Made by a program: the position numbers and the translations under genes
NCBI RefSeq assembly: GCF_018350175.1
Contig: NC_058368.1
Span: 148,678,001 to 148,742,000 of the forward strand
Direction: 5' to 3'
Length of the DNA stretch: 64,000 nt
From: Felis catus
Taxonomy: Eukaryota
Notes under the pieces: generated by a model
The model's database searches: none
Told to the model about the DNA's origin: nothing
What the model saw: the letters and a program-made list of their open reading frames with translations, nothing else
In this document: one piece after another, positions 12,941 through 26,679 of the stretch
Layout of the letters: every line of letters starts with the position of its first letter
Numbering within the stretch: position 1 is the first letter of the stretch

Positions 12941-13294
12941 CAGTGCCGTTCAATAAAAATATAATGTGATGCACCAATCTGAGTCACATATGCAATTTTA
13001 CATATTTGTAATAAGTAAAAATCATATTTATATATGAAACCACATTAAAAAAGATAAAAATAAACCATCAATATTAATAGTTTATATAATACAATGTTAA
13101 AATAACATTTCAAAACATATGTAAAAAATATATAAACATATATTGTATATAAATACTTAGATATTTTATATTTTTTATTCACACTACATATTTGAAGCCT
13201 AGTGTGCATTTTTACTTTTAGCACTAGTTTGCACTAGTCACATCTCAAGTGTTTAATAGCCACATATGGCTAATGCCTACTACTAGACAATGCA
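12941..13294. mobile_element. MER33/MER3-like hAT-Charlie DNA transposon relic
   Basis: 'cagtgccgttcaataaaaatataatg...gccacatatggctaatgcctac..tagacaatgca'; 8-bp TSD atctaaaa/atgtaaaa. Confidence 0.75.
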
Positions 13295-14259
13295 ATGTAA
13301 AACAAAACAATATGCAAGGGGTTGTTAAGTGCACAAACTAAGTAAACATAAATTAAGAATATTATGTATGAATTAGAAATAGTTTGGTGTACATGACCAT
13401 TTTCATTTGCTCAAAATCCATAACTAATTGTTGAGTACCTTTTTATTGAGTGGTGGTGGGAAAAAACAATGCACAAATATTATTATTCTGTGAAATATTG
13501 TATCCATCTCTAGGTTTTTGAGTGTCTATATAACATTGTTTTCACTGTATAACTATGTGCATTTACACATGTAAGATTTCATATGTATATGTTTTTATAT
13601 AGAGAGAGAAAGAAAAATTTGTGTGCATACACATACATACATATACATGGTGACAAATATCAAGATTGACCTGCACATCAATAATAACTATTGATTTTTT
13701 TTCTATAAATCATGATTGAGAAGGAACAGTTCATGTAAAGTTTAGAGTGAACATTTTTTATACACAATAGCAGATGCACACACTATCATTCAATAAACAC
13801 ACGATTCACAAACTTTGGAATATTTTTGCAAGCTTACAAGAAAAATTTAGTTCAAATTATATCTATCATAAGTATTTCTGAGTTAAGAGAACCTTAGAAT
13901 CTTATTTTAAAAATTTCTCCAAGACAGTTATTAAATCCAAGAGAATGTTTGACCTTATCACTTAGTTATTTTAAATATGCTGTTCTTTTTTAATTTAGTT
14001 TATATTGCTATGAAAATGATCAGTGCAAAGTTTTTTCCCTAGGCTTTTAAATATCTGACTTCCACTTTTTTTTTTACCCATACTCCTCTTAAAAAATCAA
14101 CTCAATATAATTGTTTCCAAAATAAAATCATATTATAATATATGAAACCTATTTCTGTAATTATGATCTAGTACATGAATCATTAGTCAAGATCAGAATA
14201 TTATACATAAATTTAAAATCTATTTTCAATTTTTTCACTTCCAAAATGAAAATATGTAT

Positions 14260-14260
14260 G

Positions 14261-14292
<32 letters not shown>

Positions 14293-14298
14293 CACACA
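14260..14298. repeat. (CA)n microsatellite
   Basis: Read directly. Confidence 0.9.
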
Positions 14299-15289
14299 TA
14301 TACCATCATCACTTTAAAATCCTATTGGTAAGCATTTTATTAAAATTGATTTTGCCAACTCCAGTTTTTACTATCTTCTCTATTAATTAAATAAAATATA
14401 TTAACATATTAAAATAGATTTATGGTTTAAATACAATGTCATTGTGTGGGTATATTCTGTTTTTTTTCTTTTACTCACTTTATACAATTATGTTATTGAA
14501 CAAATGAAAACCTAACAGTATATATTCCATTCATAATATATATCCCTAGGAATTCAAAATGGATACTCCTGGGATATATTTCTTACGGTACAATTTGAGG
14601 TCTTATTTGGTCCTTATATCAGACACCTTTCTGAGAAATTTTCTGCACTGACAAAATACTATAAAAAATAAAAGGAACTATTTATTTTATTACTTTGTTG
14701 CAGAGTGTATACTCTGGTGGGTAACGTTGTAAAAGGTCACATAAATTTGTCTTACAGTTGAAATTAACAAAAACAAAATAATGTATTTTTTGCTAATTAT
14801 TATGTTCAAATTCCTCAAGTCTAAGTTTTAGATTGCTTTGATTTTCATTTTTAATAAGAAGGCATAGATATCTTATATTTGATTTACATTCTGCATACAC
14901 ATTTCCACTTGATTGTCAGTACTTGTTTAACAGTGCTTATCTATCTAGACACATATGCATATACACACATTTTTGCACATATGATATATGCATGTGTAAA
15001 TATAACATATTTATATGTGAAATATATATATTATATTTATATGCCTGGCATTCAGCATAGTTCTTGCAATTCTATGATATTTGTATCATAAAATTTTTGT
15101 TGAAATGTATTTTTGTCCAAGTATACTTCTATATTCTTTGCATCTTCAAAGATGTTTTTCATTGGTTAATTTTTTCAAATGCTGTGTTTCCCAAATAAGA
15201 GAAGTCTTTGTCATTGATTGAATTAGCTTAAAAAGAGGAGTTGTGTGTATTTTTTACTTTATATAACAAACAAGCAAAGGGAAGATGAT

Positions 15290-15489
15290 TTTTTTAATAT
15301 ATGAAATTTATTGTCAAATAGGTTTCTATACAACACCCAGTGCTCATCCCAAAAGGTGCCCTCCTCTATACCCATCACCCACCCTCCCCTCCCTCCCACC
15401 CCCCATCAACCCTCAGTTTGTTCTCAGTTTTTAAGAGTCTCTTATGCTTTAGCTCTCTCCCACTCTAACCTCTTTTTTTTTTTTTTTCC
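15290..15489 (-). mobile_element. 200-bp 5'-truncated young L1 (3'UTR only)
   Basis: Near-identical to ~516-706 of the first L1; perfect 11-bp TSD gggaagatgat (15279-15289 / 15490-15500). Confidence 0.95.
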
Positions 15490-15539
15490 GGGAAGATGAT
15501 CATTGATTGACTATTCAAAAATTTACATCACCAAAGACC

Positions 15540-15980
15540 TAAATCCTCTACATATTTGTGTTCTATCACTTTCAGGTCATCGGAGTTATCATCATTTAAG
15601 CTAGCCTTATTTTCAAAAGATAGTTGTAGGAGCTGTAGATATCACATTCTTATATTTTAATTCTGGTGTGTTTATTTCCATTTGACCAAGGATCAGGAGA
15701 ATTTGTTGTAGCTAGGACTAAGTTCCATTTATCATGTATTGTCTTCTTTAAGGTCAAGCAAAGACTTTTAGAGAGGCTTAATTACTTACTTCACCTCATA
15801 TCCCATTACCCAGAAATGGGCCATGTGTCCATATTTAGTAAAGTCATTGACAAGGGGAAAGAAACAACTAAGGTTGCCTTGTATCTGTCATGATTCAGTC
15901 CTGAAGCTGGAAAGGGAGCTCAGTAATTGAGTAAGGGAACAAATAGAGCCAAAATTCTATTAAGAGAAGTGATAATTGCT
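15540..15980. mobile_element. Old MaLR LTR (MLT1J/K/L-like)
   Basis: 'acttcacctcatatcccattacccagaaatgggccatgtgtcc...gtcattgacaagggg' resembles old MLT1. Confidence 0.5.
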
Positions 15981-17409
15981 TTCACTATCTTCAGAGAGAT
16001 AAAACTATTAACAAAATCAGTTAAGTTTTTATCAGATAGTCTCTCTTTAAGAGAATAGGCTTGCAAGAGATGACCTAGTTTAACATTCTCCAAATCACTG
16101 TCTTTTCTGTGAGAATTTATGTATGAAAATCATGATACTTGTTCTTGACTTGAGTAGCCCATTAGTTTATCTGTATATTTACATCAATTCACTTTTCCTT
16201 TGTGCATACGAACATAATTCTACGTCCATCTTATGAATTTTCATATGGATTTGTATTTTCATGATTTTATCATTAGATCCTATCACAATTTACTAAAATA
16301 TATTTGTGTACGTAGCACACATTGTGTGTACTACGTAGTACACATTTTGTGTATGTAGCACGTAGCATTTTCCAACATACCTCTATTATTCATTCCATTA
16401 GATATGGTGACACCTCCTCTGCCATGATGGAACTAACACTTAATGCTACCCCATGAATTTAAGTGTGCAGTTTTCTTTTTTGCCTCTCCCAGGTGTAAAT
16501 TAAAACCTCTTTTAAATAGCTTTACCCTGCAAAACATATTTGTTTCTGTGAAATCCTCTCTTCCTTTGTTAGAAACCAATTTTGGGGGAGGGGGAGAATT
16601 TTCTAATTGTGATGCAAAAAATCAAATCCCACTACTGCTATTGCAGTCATTTTTTAAATGTATTCATTTATCAACACTATTTTTTAACACCTGCTATGAG
16701 ATAGCACTGTAAAGTCTGCTGGGGAATTTACTAGGTATTCACTCTGGGAGTCTATAGCCTAAGTGAATAATATAGTAACATTCCAAAAATTTTACTTGCT
16801 AAGCCTGTCTAACTTCTCAAATATCTGGAACTAAAGTCTCAGCTGGAAAAAAAAATCAGAGATACTATAAGTACAACAGAAATGAAATAGGAAAAAGGTT
16901 TCAATGATAGAAAATTAATGTCACTTAACATTTTTAATGAATTTCAGCAAATACAATTACATTGTCAAAAGTTAGGATATATTGTGAAATATTTTTGTTA
17001 GTTTGCTTAGAATCCTTTTTCAAGAGAAGAGCCATCTCATTAAAAAAGTTAATGATTTTTAACTCTCTGAGCTAGATAATTTTCAGTGGTGATGTTAGAC
17101 TTCTAAAGTAGAAAGAAAATTTTAAGTATATTATTTAAATATGTGGTTACAAACACAATGTACTATCATAAAACTTGGATTTGAAACTGTTTTTGTGAAA
17201 TTTGGAGGTGCTATTTAACTTCCTTGGAGCTCAGTTTTACTGATAGTAGTAGTATTTATTAAATGCTACACACTGTCATTAACCTTTTACATGTATCAAT
17301 CCTTTTAACATTATCTCCTTTGAAGGTGGGGAGAGAACAGAAAATTCAATAATGGATAAGTTGGAATTGAAATCTTGACTGTCTAGCTTTACCAAATCCT
17401 GTGCTCTTA

Positions 17410-17629
17410 ATTTTTTTTTTTTAGTGTTTATTTATTTTTGAGAAAGAGAGAGAGAGAGATGGATCTTGAGCAGGGGAGGGGAAGAAAGAGACAGAGACAG
17501 AGTCCCAAGCAGGCTCCAGGCTCTGAGCTGTCCCCACAGAGCCTGATGTGAGTCTCGAACTCACGAGCTATGAGATCATGACCTGAGCCAAAGTCCGACA
17601 CTAAACTGACTGAGCCACCCAGGCACGCC
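17410..17629 (-). mobile_element. Can-SINE inserted in a MIR-like relic
   Basis: SINE body; TSD aa(a/g)tcctgtgctc(t/c)t. Confidence 0.93.
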
Positions 17630-19845
17630 AAGTCCTGTGCTCCTAATAATAACTCTATGTTACCTCTATACTTATAATAAATTTGAACTGTTACTTCTAG
17701 ATTTCCTTCCATTTTCAAGAATCAACAAACATAGGATACACTTACTCAATTCAAATAAAAGACAGTTTCAATAGCAGAAAAATACCTAGGTGGCCATAAT
17801 GCTTATAAAATGTGAAACATCAATTATGAATACATATTTTATGGAACCATTATATTCTGTTCAATTTTTAAATTTCTATGAAATGATTTTCAGATTGCAA
17901 ATGAATAATCCAGCATAGATGAACTAGAATGGCACAATTCAGTTCAATACTTTTAAAACAGTTACAGGTTGAAGCAAGTTATTTTATGTTCCAATATTTT
18001 TTTAGTATGACAAACCCTTTTTAATGCCCCAAAGTAGCATGAACCTTTAAGGAGGTAGATGTATATTTTAGTATCTGTTGATTAATAAAGTTACAAGGTT
18101 GAAAGTTACTACAACTTTAATTTAGTAATATATTTAAAGATGTTTTGTATTCATTAATCACAATGACATATGGATGCATTTGAAAAACAATGTTTATGTA
18201 TTGATATTTGTTCATTTTGTCAATGGGAAATTCTATTCACATAGATTTATAGGTTCCATAGGGCGACATTTAAATTATTTATTTTAAATGTTTGGAAAGA
18301 GAGATCTCACACTAGGATTGCATAGAGGGAAAGAATTTCCATTCCATTCACCAGAAGAAAGACTTTTATTTTGTAAGAACAATTTCACTTTTTCTCAGCA
18401 GTGATATATCTGATAGATGAATTTAGGAGAAGAAACTAACCATATCATATTAAATTCCCTTACATTATCATTTTCAGATGTGTCTGCTTACTAAAATTAG
18501 GCATAAGCTGAGAGGGGTGGACTCCATCTCTTGGAGAGAACCTTATATTTGTCCATCTGTGCAAGTGATTGGTGGATAAATTTGTCCAATTACAACCACA
18601 ATGATTATCCCACTTGGCCACTCACATAAAGACATACCTTTTCATTAGCTTTAACAGTAATAGAGTGATATATGACCTCCACTTGTCTGGCTTACATTTT
18701 ATTTCTCACTAAATTCAAAATTGTGGAAGATAAAAATTAATGTTATTTATTACCTTTTCTTAAAAAATATGTCATAATCCAATGTTCCATAACTCCTAAG
18801 ACAATTCCTTCCAATAGTAAGCAATAAATAAATGTGCTAATGACTTATGTATTAACTATAGCCTGAAAAATAAGAAGCATTATTTATAAGCGTTGATATA
18901 ATTTTACATTTGTATCATTTATAAATACTTCCAGTATAAAAAGAAACTTTCAAGATATATTAAAGAATAATTAGCTAAGTTTTATCTTCATAATAAATAC
19001 AGATACTATTTGACATTCTTTCCAATTGAATATTTAGTATATTTGATCCAAATATCAGTATACAAATCTGGACAAAGACCATATAGTTGAAAATTTCCTG
19101 ACACAATTAACCATGGATCAGGAGAAAATTTTAGACTCCTAGAAGAAAGGTCTTCTAATCTTTTTCAATTTTAAGATACTATCTTAAAAGTTAACTTTAT
19201 ATTATATGGGTTAGCCATAAACTAGTATAAGTGTTCATCATATTTTTCAAAAGGAATAATGCACCCTCTATCAAAGAGCTGGTCAGCAATTCCACCAGAG
19301 AAGTGTGCTACTTTTTTTCTATAGTTATTTTGTATGGATAACAAAATTCAGTTTATTTTAAGTGACTTCTAATTAAGGTCCCTAATTTAACTTTTCAAGC
19401 TTATAGTTCCGATAAGCATGACAGCAAATGAAAGAAACCTATTTTATGTTAAACTGTTTTCTGAACATAATTTTTGTTGCTAAGGAAACAACATTTCTTT
19501 TCCTCATAGGAAACACTTTCAGGACCCCATTTGTGTTAAGAAAGTCTAATCCAAATTACTTAAGAAAAAAAGATATTCCATGTATAAATTACAATTTTTA
19601 AAAATTTAACTTTGTAATTCAGATGAATTCAAAAATTCACAAATAAGTCATAGTTTTCATAAATTCACTTGAGCTTCATTGTTGACTAAGTGTTCAGAGT
19701 AAAACATTCTGGCAATTATGCCTCCATTATTTCTTTTTTACTTACTTCATCTCTATTTAATTTGTGAATTTTTAATATATTTTACTAATTTTTAAACACA
19801 TTTATTATTTTTAGTGTTTTACAAGAATGTGGAACTATATATCTT

Positions 19846-20013
19846 TTTTTTAAGTTTATTTATTTATTTTAAAAGGAGAGAGAGAATCCAAAGCATGCTC
19901 TGTACTGTCAGCGCAGAGCCTGATGTGGGGCTCGAACTTACAAACCATGATATCATGACCTAAGCCTAAACCAAGAGTCCAATACTTAACCAACTGAGCC
20001 ACCCAGGAGCCCC
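19846..20013 (-). mobile_element. Can-SINE
   Basis: 16-bp TSD tggaactatatatctt (19830-19845 / 20014-20029). Confidence 0.94.
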
Positions 20014-20997
20014 TGGAACTATATATCTTAAATTTAAACCCAAAGGTAGAATGACATTAGGCCTAAGATTAAGAGTTATTTTAACCCCAGGAAAAGGGAA
20101 AGAAATGTGATACAGAAGTCAGAATTCTCTTAGATACTTATTTTCCTGGATTATAACATTTTCAGAACAGGCATATGACTGCATGAACATGAATAAGACT
20201 GTTTCTTCCTCAAATTGTCAGACATAATTATTCTAAATGCTTGGAATCACTTATTACCACATTCTTCATTAAACATTTTGTTCTTTATGTTTTTAGTTAT
20301 ATGTTTTCCTGTTGTTTAAAGTTACACATTTATGACTTATCCTATCAGGTTCTCCTTATTACTACTAATAACTTGCCTAAATCTAGGTTTTATGAGGGAC
20401 CATTAAAATGCTTGCTCTATAATTCAACTCTCACAGTTATTGCCACTACAGACATTAAAGAATAGTATAACTAGTGTCCCTTCACTGTTGCAAATGATAC
20501 TCCTCGTAAACGATAAAAACATTGTAAAAAATCTTTGTTCCACAAAGGGAGAACACAGATATTTTGGAGGATATAACATCACTGATACTTTATTGTGGCA
20601 GTATCTAGAGAAAATATCCTACAAATCCACTAAAATTAATTACATTGTACACACCCCCTGGGTTTTTGTGCTTTGTTTGTTTGTCATGTATAGGAATCAG
20701 CTTACTCATTTTCAAATCATAGCTAATAATAATTGTTACGCAGACATATTAATTTGACCACTGTGGATATATGACTCCTCCAAAATTTTCAATGGGCTCT
20801 TCTCTAATAGGAAGTACAAAAGGATACAAGTCTTCTTTGGAGTGTAAGTTAAAGCAGAAAGAGAAACCTGATGACAATGGTCTCATCTGTAGGGAATGAA
20901 TAACTTTACAGTGTCCTCAAAAAGTATATCCTTCATTTTGGTTGACATAATACACAGGAGACCTCGTGCTGCAGTTATAAAGAACTAGCTTAAATTC

Positions 20998-20998
20998 C

Positions 20999-21037
<39 letters not shown>

Positions 21038-21042
21038 TTTTT
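20998..21042. repeat. (TTTA)n microsatellite
   Basis: About 10 units read directly. Confidence 0.9.
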
Positions 21043-22427
21043 GATAATTAAATAGGCTTGGGTTTTGTTCTGGCCAGATGAATGTTGGCACTGTAGTTTG
21101 TGCTGGAGCTGGGTTAACATTAGATGTGAGGTGGAATAATCTAAGCTCAAAATAAAAATAATCTGTTTATCATAGGTAGACTTTTGGAGTAGTCAGGACT
21201 TATTTCCCATTCAAGTTTTGATGTTCAAATTTAGGAGTGGATACTGTCCTTACAGACGATTCAACAAAAGAATCAAAGAGAAAGTAGGATAAAGTCATGT
21301 TGGCCAACACACGAAGTGAACACTTGTTGACATAACACTTCATCTTCAAGAAGAAGGCAAAAGTGGTGAAAACCTGGATTAAACTTACTGTTCTCTCCTG
21401 GAATTAGGTTAAAGGGGGACCAAAACAGGGACTGAAAATATTTTACAAGTCCCCGCACACTTAGACAAAGACTGATTGTTTTATAGCCATCTTGCCAAAT
21501 AACTTTCAAAACTGACCTTAAACCTGTCTAATCAGCCTATTTCATTTCTATAATCAGAGTAAGATTTAAACATGAGAAATGGTTTTAAACCTCTCTAATC
21601 AATCAACAACTAAGTGTGCATACTTCTAAGGGCAGCCAATCAGTGACATCCTTACATTCTGAAAGACAGCTATTTAGTGTTAAACTCACTCCAATGAACA
21701 GTGTTAAGGCTGCTGTCAACCCACTCTTGCCTCTGTAACAACATGGAACATGCTTCCAAGGCTTTCATCAACTTGTTTCAGCCTCTATAATCAATACAAC
21801 CACTACAAACTCTTCCCTAAAACCTAGTGTAAGATCAATGGTTTGCTTTACACAGTAAACCTAGATCTATCCCCCATAACTATCCTCTCCTTAAGAGTAC
21901 ATTCTAAATCATATTTTTGTGAAGACAGTAGCATTGCCAGTTAACAATGATTGAAATTAAAAAAAACATGCAAAACTTTTATTTGCATTTCTGACTGCAA
22001 GGATTATTGATTTCTAACTTTGAAAATTTAATTTGCATGGTTTTAACATGAAATATTATTTCCTGTTTCCATAACAGGATATGCTGTGTAATAGAAAATC
22101 ATTGAATTCATTATGAAAAGTGTAAATGACTATCCATAATGTTAATCTGAACTATTATATGGCTAATTTCTCTTTTTCCCTTCAAATCTTACAACTTTTC
22201 TATTATTGAGAATATACAACATGACTTAATGGTTTGTCTTATTAGAAGTTTGATTACTCTCTATTATATAGACTATTTCCTTTAAAAATATTATTAAGAG
22301 TAAACAAAATTAATTGAATATATTTAACAAACTATATAGGTCAAATAGTATTTGAAAACATTAAAAAATCTGGAATAAAAACACTAAAGCAAAGTATAAA
22401 AATTATTACTAGAAATATAGAGGCTTA

Positions 22428-22638
22428 GAGGCATCTGGGTGACTCAGTCGATTAAGCATCAGACCCTTAATTTCGGCTCAGGTCATGATCTCACAGTTCA
22501 TGAGATTGAACCCCATGTCAGGCTCTGCATAGACAGTGTGGAGCCTTCTTGGGATTCTCTCTGTCCCTCTCTCTCTCTGCTCCTCCCTGCTCATACTCTC
22601 TCTTTCTCTATCTCTCAAAATAAATAAACTTACAGAAA
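22428..22638 (+). mobile_element. Can-SINE
   Basis: 17-bp TSD agaaatatagaggctta (22411-22427 / 22639-22655). Confidence 0.95.
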
Positions 22639-23509
22639 AGAAATATAGAGGCTTATAGTCTTGCTTGATAATTCAAAGAGACAAGTTATCTTATTCCACA
22701 AGGTGTGTATATTTACATGTGTTTGTATTTAATAGTAATTATTAAAGGTAACATTTAACAAAGACTATTTTGTGGAGATTTTACATATAAAAGTTCTAGC
22801 TTAGTAATATGGCAGCAAGATGGAACTGGTTTCTAGAATTTTACTCTGCTAGTAAGAAAACCTGAGTAGAGCACTCTTTTTTTTTCTTCTTCAAATGTTT
22901 TAGTTCCTCTACATTATCACACCATTACCTTTGTCCAGTAACCTTCCAGAAACACAGGTTTAGAGTGAGCCAAAAAGGCAAAGAGTAAAATTAGATACGA
23001 AGCTCCCTGACCAGGAATATGAAGCAGTGGTTTGATTCTTTATCTCATCTTTATAACATCAAACAATATGCTCCACAATTTATTCGAATTTTATTTTTAC
23101 CTTGTCTACCCTCTAGCCATGATTTCTCAGTGCAGATTCAGTCACTTTCCTTTTTATCATTTTTTAACATTTATCCAATACATCAAGCTATATAGAAAAT
23201 ATATGTCATGGCAAGACTGTTTAAAACCTCCTATCACTATCATTTCTTTTGTTTGCACATGATTCTACATTTTTCTATAAATATCTTGTACTTTCTTTTG
23301 AGCTTCAAATATAAACTCCTTATAAAATGCAGAATTCCTGTGGTGACAGGGAGAATGACTGCAGAGTATGTTGTATCTGACACCCCTGAGCAGACCAGGT
23401 AAGAGTGGTTTCTGCTGTTTAAAACTGCCAGCCAACCCCTGATCTCTCATCACCCTTCAGTAGGAAATATCCCCAGCACTTTCTCCATCATTACCCTGAG
23501 GAATAACAT

Positions 23510-23514
23510 ACACA

Positions 23515-23551
<37 letters not shown>
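23510..23551. repeat. (CA)n microsatellite; further (TG)n tracts at ~23965-23992 and ~24458-24490
   Basis: Read directly. Confidence 0.9.
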
Positions 23552-23554
<3 letters not shown>

Positions 23555-24459
23555 AGATTCAGATATTGTTATTAAGAATGAAAATAAATCTTTCAACCAG
23601 GCAATTTTCAAGTGACTGGTCTTCATAGAGTTAATTTGTGTACAGCCCTCCCATAATTTAAAAGAAGCAAAAGATAAAACCCTTCACTGCAACAGTTGCA
23701 AAGGGTAAATTATAACTTTGGAATAAAAAATGGGTATAATAATTTTTTCCACATTGATTGCTATCATGAATTTCAATCCCAGTATAGCATATAAATTATA
23801 CTGAGGTAATACTTCATAGATTTCATTATTAGGCCTTTGATACTAGGTAAATCTTAAAGCTAAATGTGTTGATGTTCACAGTTTTGGTTAAACAATACTT
23901 CATATTCACTGGGTAACTTATAAAACTCTCTTCTCTATATTTCTTTTAACTCTCATAGCATCTGTATGTGTGTGTGTGTGTGTGTGTGTGTGCATATATT
24001 GATATTTTTTTAAAGAGGAAATACATTCATTGAGTTTTAGTGTTTAAAACTGAGAGCAATCCAGATTCCAACTTCCATCTCAAATGCTTGGTCACATGCA
24101 TCTTTTTATGAAAAATAGTAAGTAATGGAAAATTAGAGTTATGGAAGAGAGCCTTAAGAGAATCATAAACTTTAAATAAAATATTTCTGTAAGGAAATAA
24201 TAAAAAGGTAGAGGATAAAAAACAACTGATTAAATTGTTCACCAAACAATGGGAAGTTGAGGTGTCAATTTTTTTTTTTAATTAAGAGAACTAGGAAAAA
24301 TCATTTAGAAAACTAACTGGATACAAGAATTAGAAAGCTTATTTCAGTTTTAAAAAATGCATACCTGAAACTAATATAACACTGTATGTTAATTATACTT
24401 CAATAATATTAACAAAGAATTAGAAAGCATACCTTTTCTCTTTGTCTCTCCACCTCTGT

Positions 24460-24491
<32 letters not shown>

Positions 24492-25327
24492 ATTTCCAAT
24501 TAGATGTTGTAAAATAAGACATCCATTTGTAATAACAATGAGAAACTATAAAATCCTTAGAAATGCATTTACCATGAAAAGTGTAATGCTTACATTAACA
24601 AAAAGTTAATATTTTTAGGGTTTATAAAAGATAACCTTAAATAGAAACATAGAAAATGTTTCTAGAAGGGAAGACCAAATACAGCAATAAGGAAAGGAAA
24701 CACCATGGCATCTGTCTAGAAGTACCTTAAAGGCTACAAAGAAAATTAAGACAATGATGGGAATAATTACGATACTATACAGTATTAAGAAAAATTAGAG
24801 ATTCAGATTGAAACTTTTTATATAAGTAGAAAACAGTGGGGTATTTGAAGAACTCTGAACTTGTGGAAAATGATTTATTTCTAGTTCTGTGGCAGAACAG
24901 CATAGCATATATCACCTTTAAAATACTAATAACATTTAAAAAATATTAAAATAAACCACCAATAACATTTATATAACTGTTTTAATGTAAAGGGAGAAAA
25001 AAGTGAGTTTCATCTTTGATAAATTTCCATCCCCAAACCTTTTGTTTTTCTTTGTTTTCTGCTTATATTTTCTCATTTGTTTCTTCCCCTCTTCCAGGTA
25101 TTTAGTATATTCCTGCACTTCCAGTCTTCACATGTCTTAAAGGACATTGATTTATTAAACTTATTTCTTTTAATGAGTTTAAGCGCAACAGTTTCTCCCA
25201 TACAGCAATATTACAATTTTATTTTATTTTTGGAGCCTTACTCATATACAACCGATAAGTCAAAGAGAGGGAAATTATTAACTGAAAAAGGTGTTATTCT
25301 AAAACTGAAAATTCAGTTTATCTTTTT

Positions 25328-25544
25328 TTCTATTTATTTATTTATTTATTTAGGGAGAGAGGTGGAAAACATGCATTCACATGTGCCGGGAAGTGGCAGA
25401 GAGAGAGGAAAAGAGAGAATCCCAAGCAGACTCTGGACTGACAGCACAACCCCGATGTGGGGCTTGATCTCACAAACCCTGAGATCATGACCTGAGCTGA
25501 AGTCAAGATCCTGATGCTCAACCAACTGAGCCACTCAGGTGCCC
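25328..25544 (-). mobile_element. Can-SINE (older)
   Basis: TSD ttcagtttat(c/g)ttttt. Confidence 0.92.
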
Positions 25545-26202
25545 TTCAGTTTATGTTTTTATAGGTAATATTTCTTAGTAAGGATCAAAGAATCCTGACT
25601 GGCATCCCACAAATGAACCATTAGATGACTGAATCTCGGTAATAATCTTTCAGCTGGTATTACTGGAATCACAAATCCCCTTGACTTTCTCATGATATTA
25701 TGGTACAAAGTACAGATGACTTCAGCTATGTCTGTAACATTTTAGTTTCCATGCAAAATTAAAGTTGTTAGTGTCAAGTCTGAGGTTAGGATTGGAGCTG
25801 AATTTGCAGCCTTGGAGCCAGCCTATTGAAACGGAATAATCTTGCCTCAACATAGAGTGCTAAAATGGTCTATTGTTGTCTTTAAGGAAGGTAAAAAGGT
25901 AAAAGCTGTTTCTGCTTTGCGATGCAAGTTTAACTTCAACGGTATGCACCAGCTGCCTGTGAAAGGGTGACTTGAGGAAGGCTTGCTTAGGGCATTGTGC
26001 TCTGCTAAGTTCAGGAAAACATTAGCAGAAAGTCTGATACTACTACACTGGAATGCTGTTATCTTCTGGCTCCAGGAGCATTTGTTAAAGGGAATTTCTA
26101 CCAAGAACTAATCTGAGGCTTATTGGTTGGAGAGACTATTCACATTTATGTCTTAAGGGGCACGGGAAGAGTTTGTATTGTATATTGTAGCCAACTTTCT
26201 TT

Positions 26203-26417
26203 TTTTAATTTTTTTTACGTTTATTTATTATTGAGAGACAGAGAGAGACAGAGCATGAGCAGGGGAGGGACAGAGAGAGGGGGAGACACGGAATCTGAAG
26301 GAGGCTCCAGGCTCTGAGCTGTCAGCACAGAGCCCGAGGCAGGTTCGAACTCACAAACTGAGAGGTCATGACCTGATCCAAAGTCAGACGCTTAACTGGG
26401 CACCACCCAGGCGCCCC
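26203..26417 (-). mobile_element. Can-SINE
   Basis: TSD tgtagccaact(t/g)tcttt. Confidence 0.94.
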
Positions 26418-26679
26418 TGTAGCCAACTGTCTTTATTTTAAAGCTATCTTTGTACACTCATGTTTATCTTTGAATTTATGACAGCATTAAATTTTTGGTT
26501 TTATATCTATGACATGAAAATAGCTATGAAAAGAAAATAGTTTTTTAAATTAAAATATGTATATGTCAATTAAAAAAATCAAACACAGATACTGATGGGA
26601 CCTTAGCTTGACTTTATTCTGTCATATAACTACCTTACTAAATTTTTGTTTTATGTGATATATATATATATCACTAAAT

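Noticed and set aside
21390..21900. Possible ancient LTR (CCAAT-like repeats such as cagccaatcag)
   Set aside because: I could not define termini, a TSD or a family by eye.
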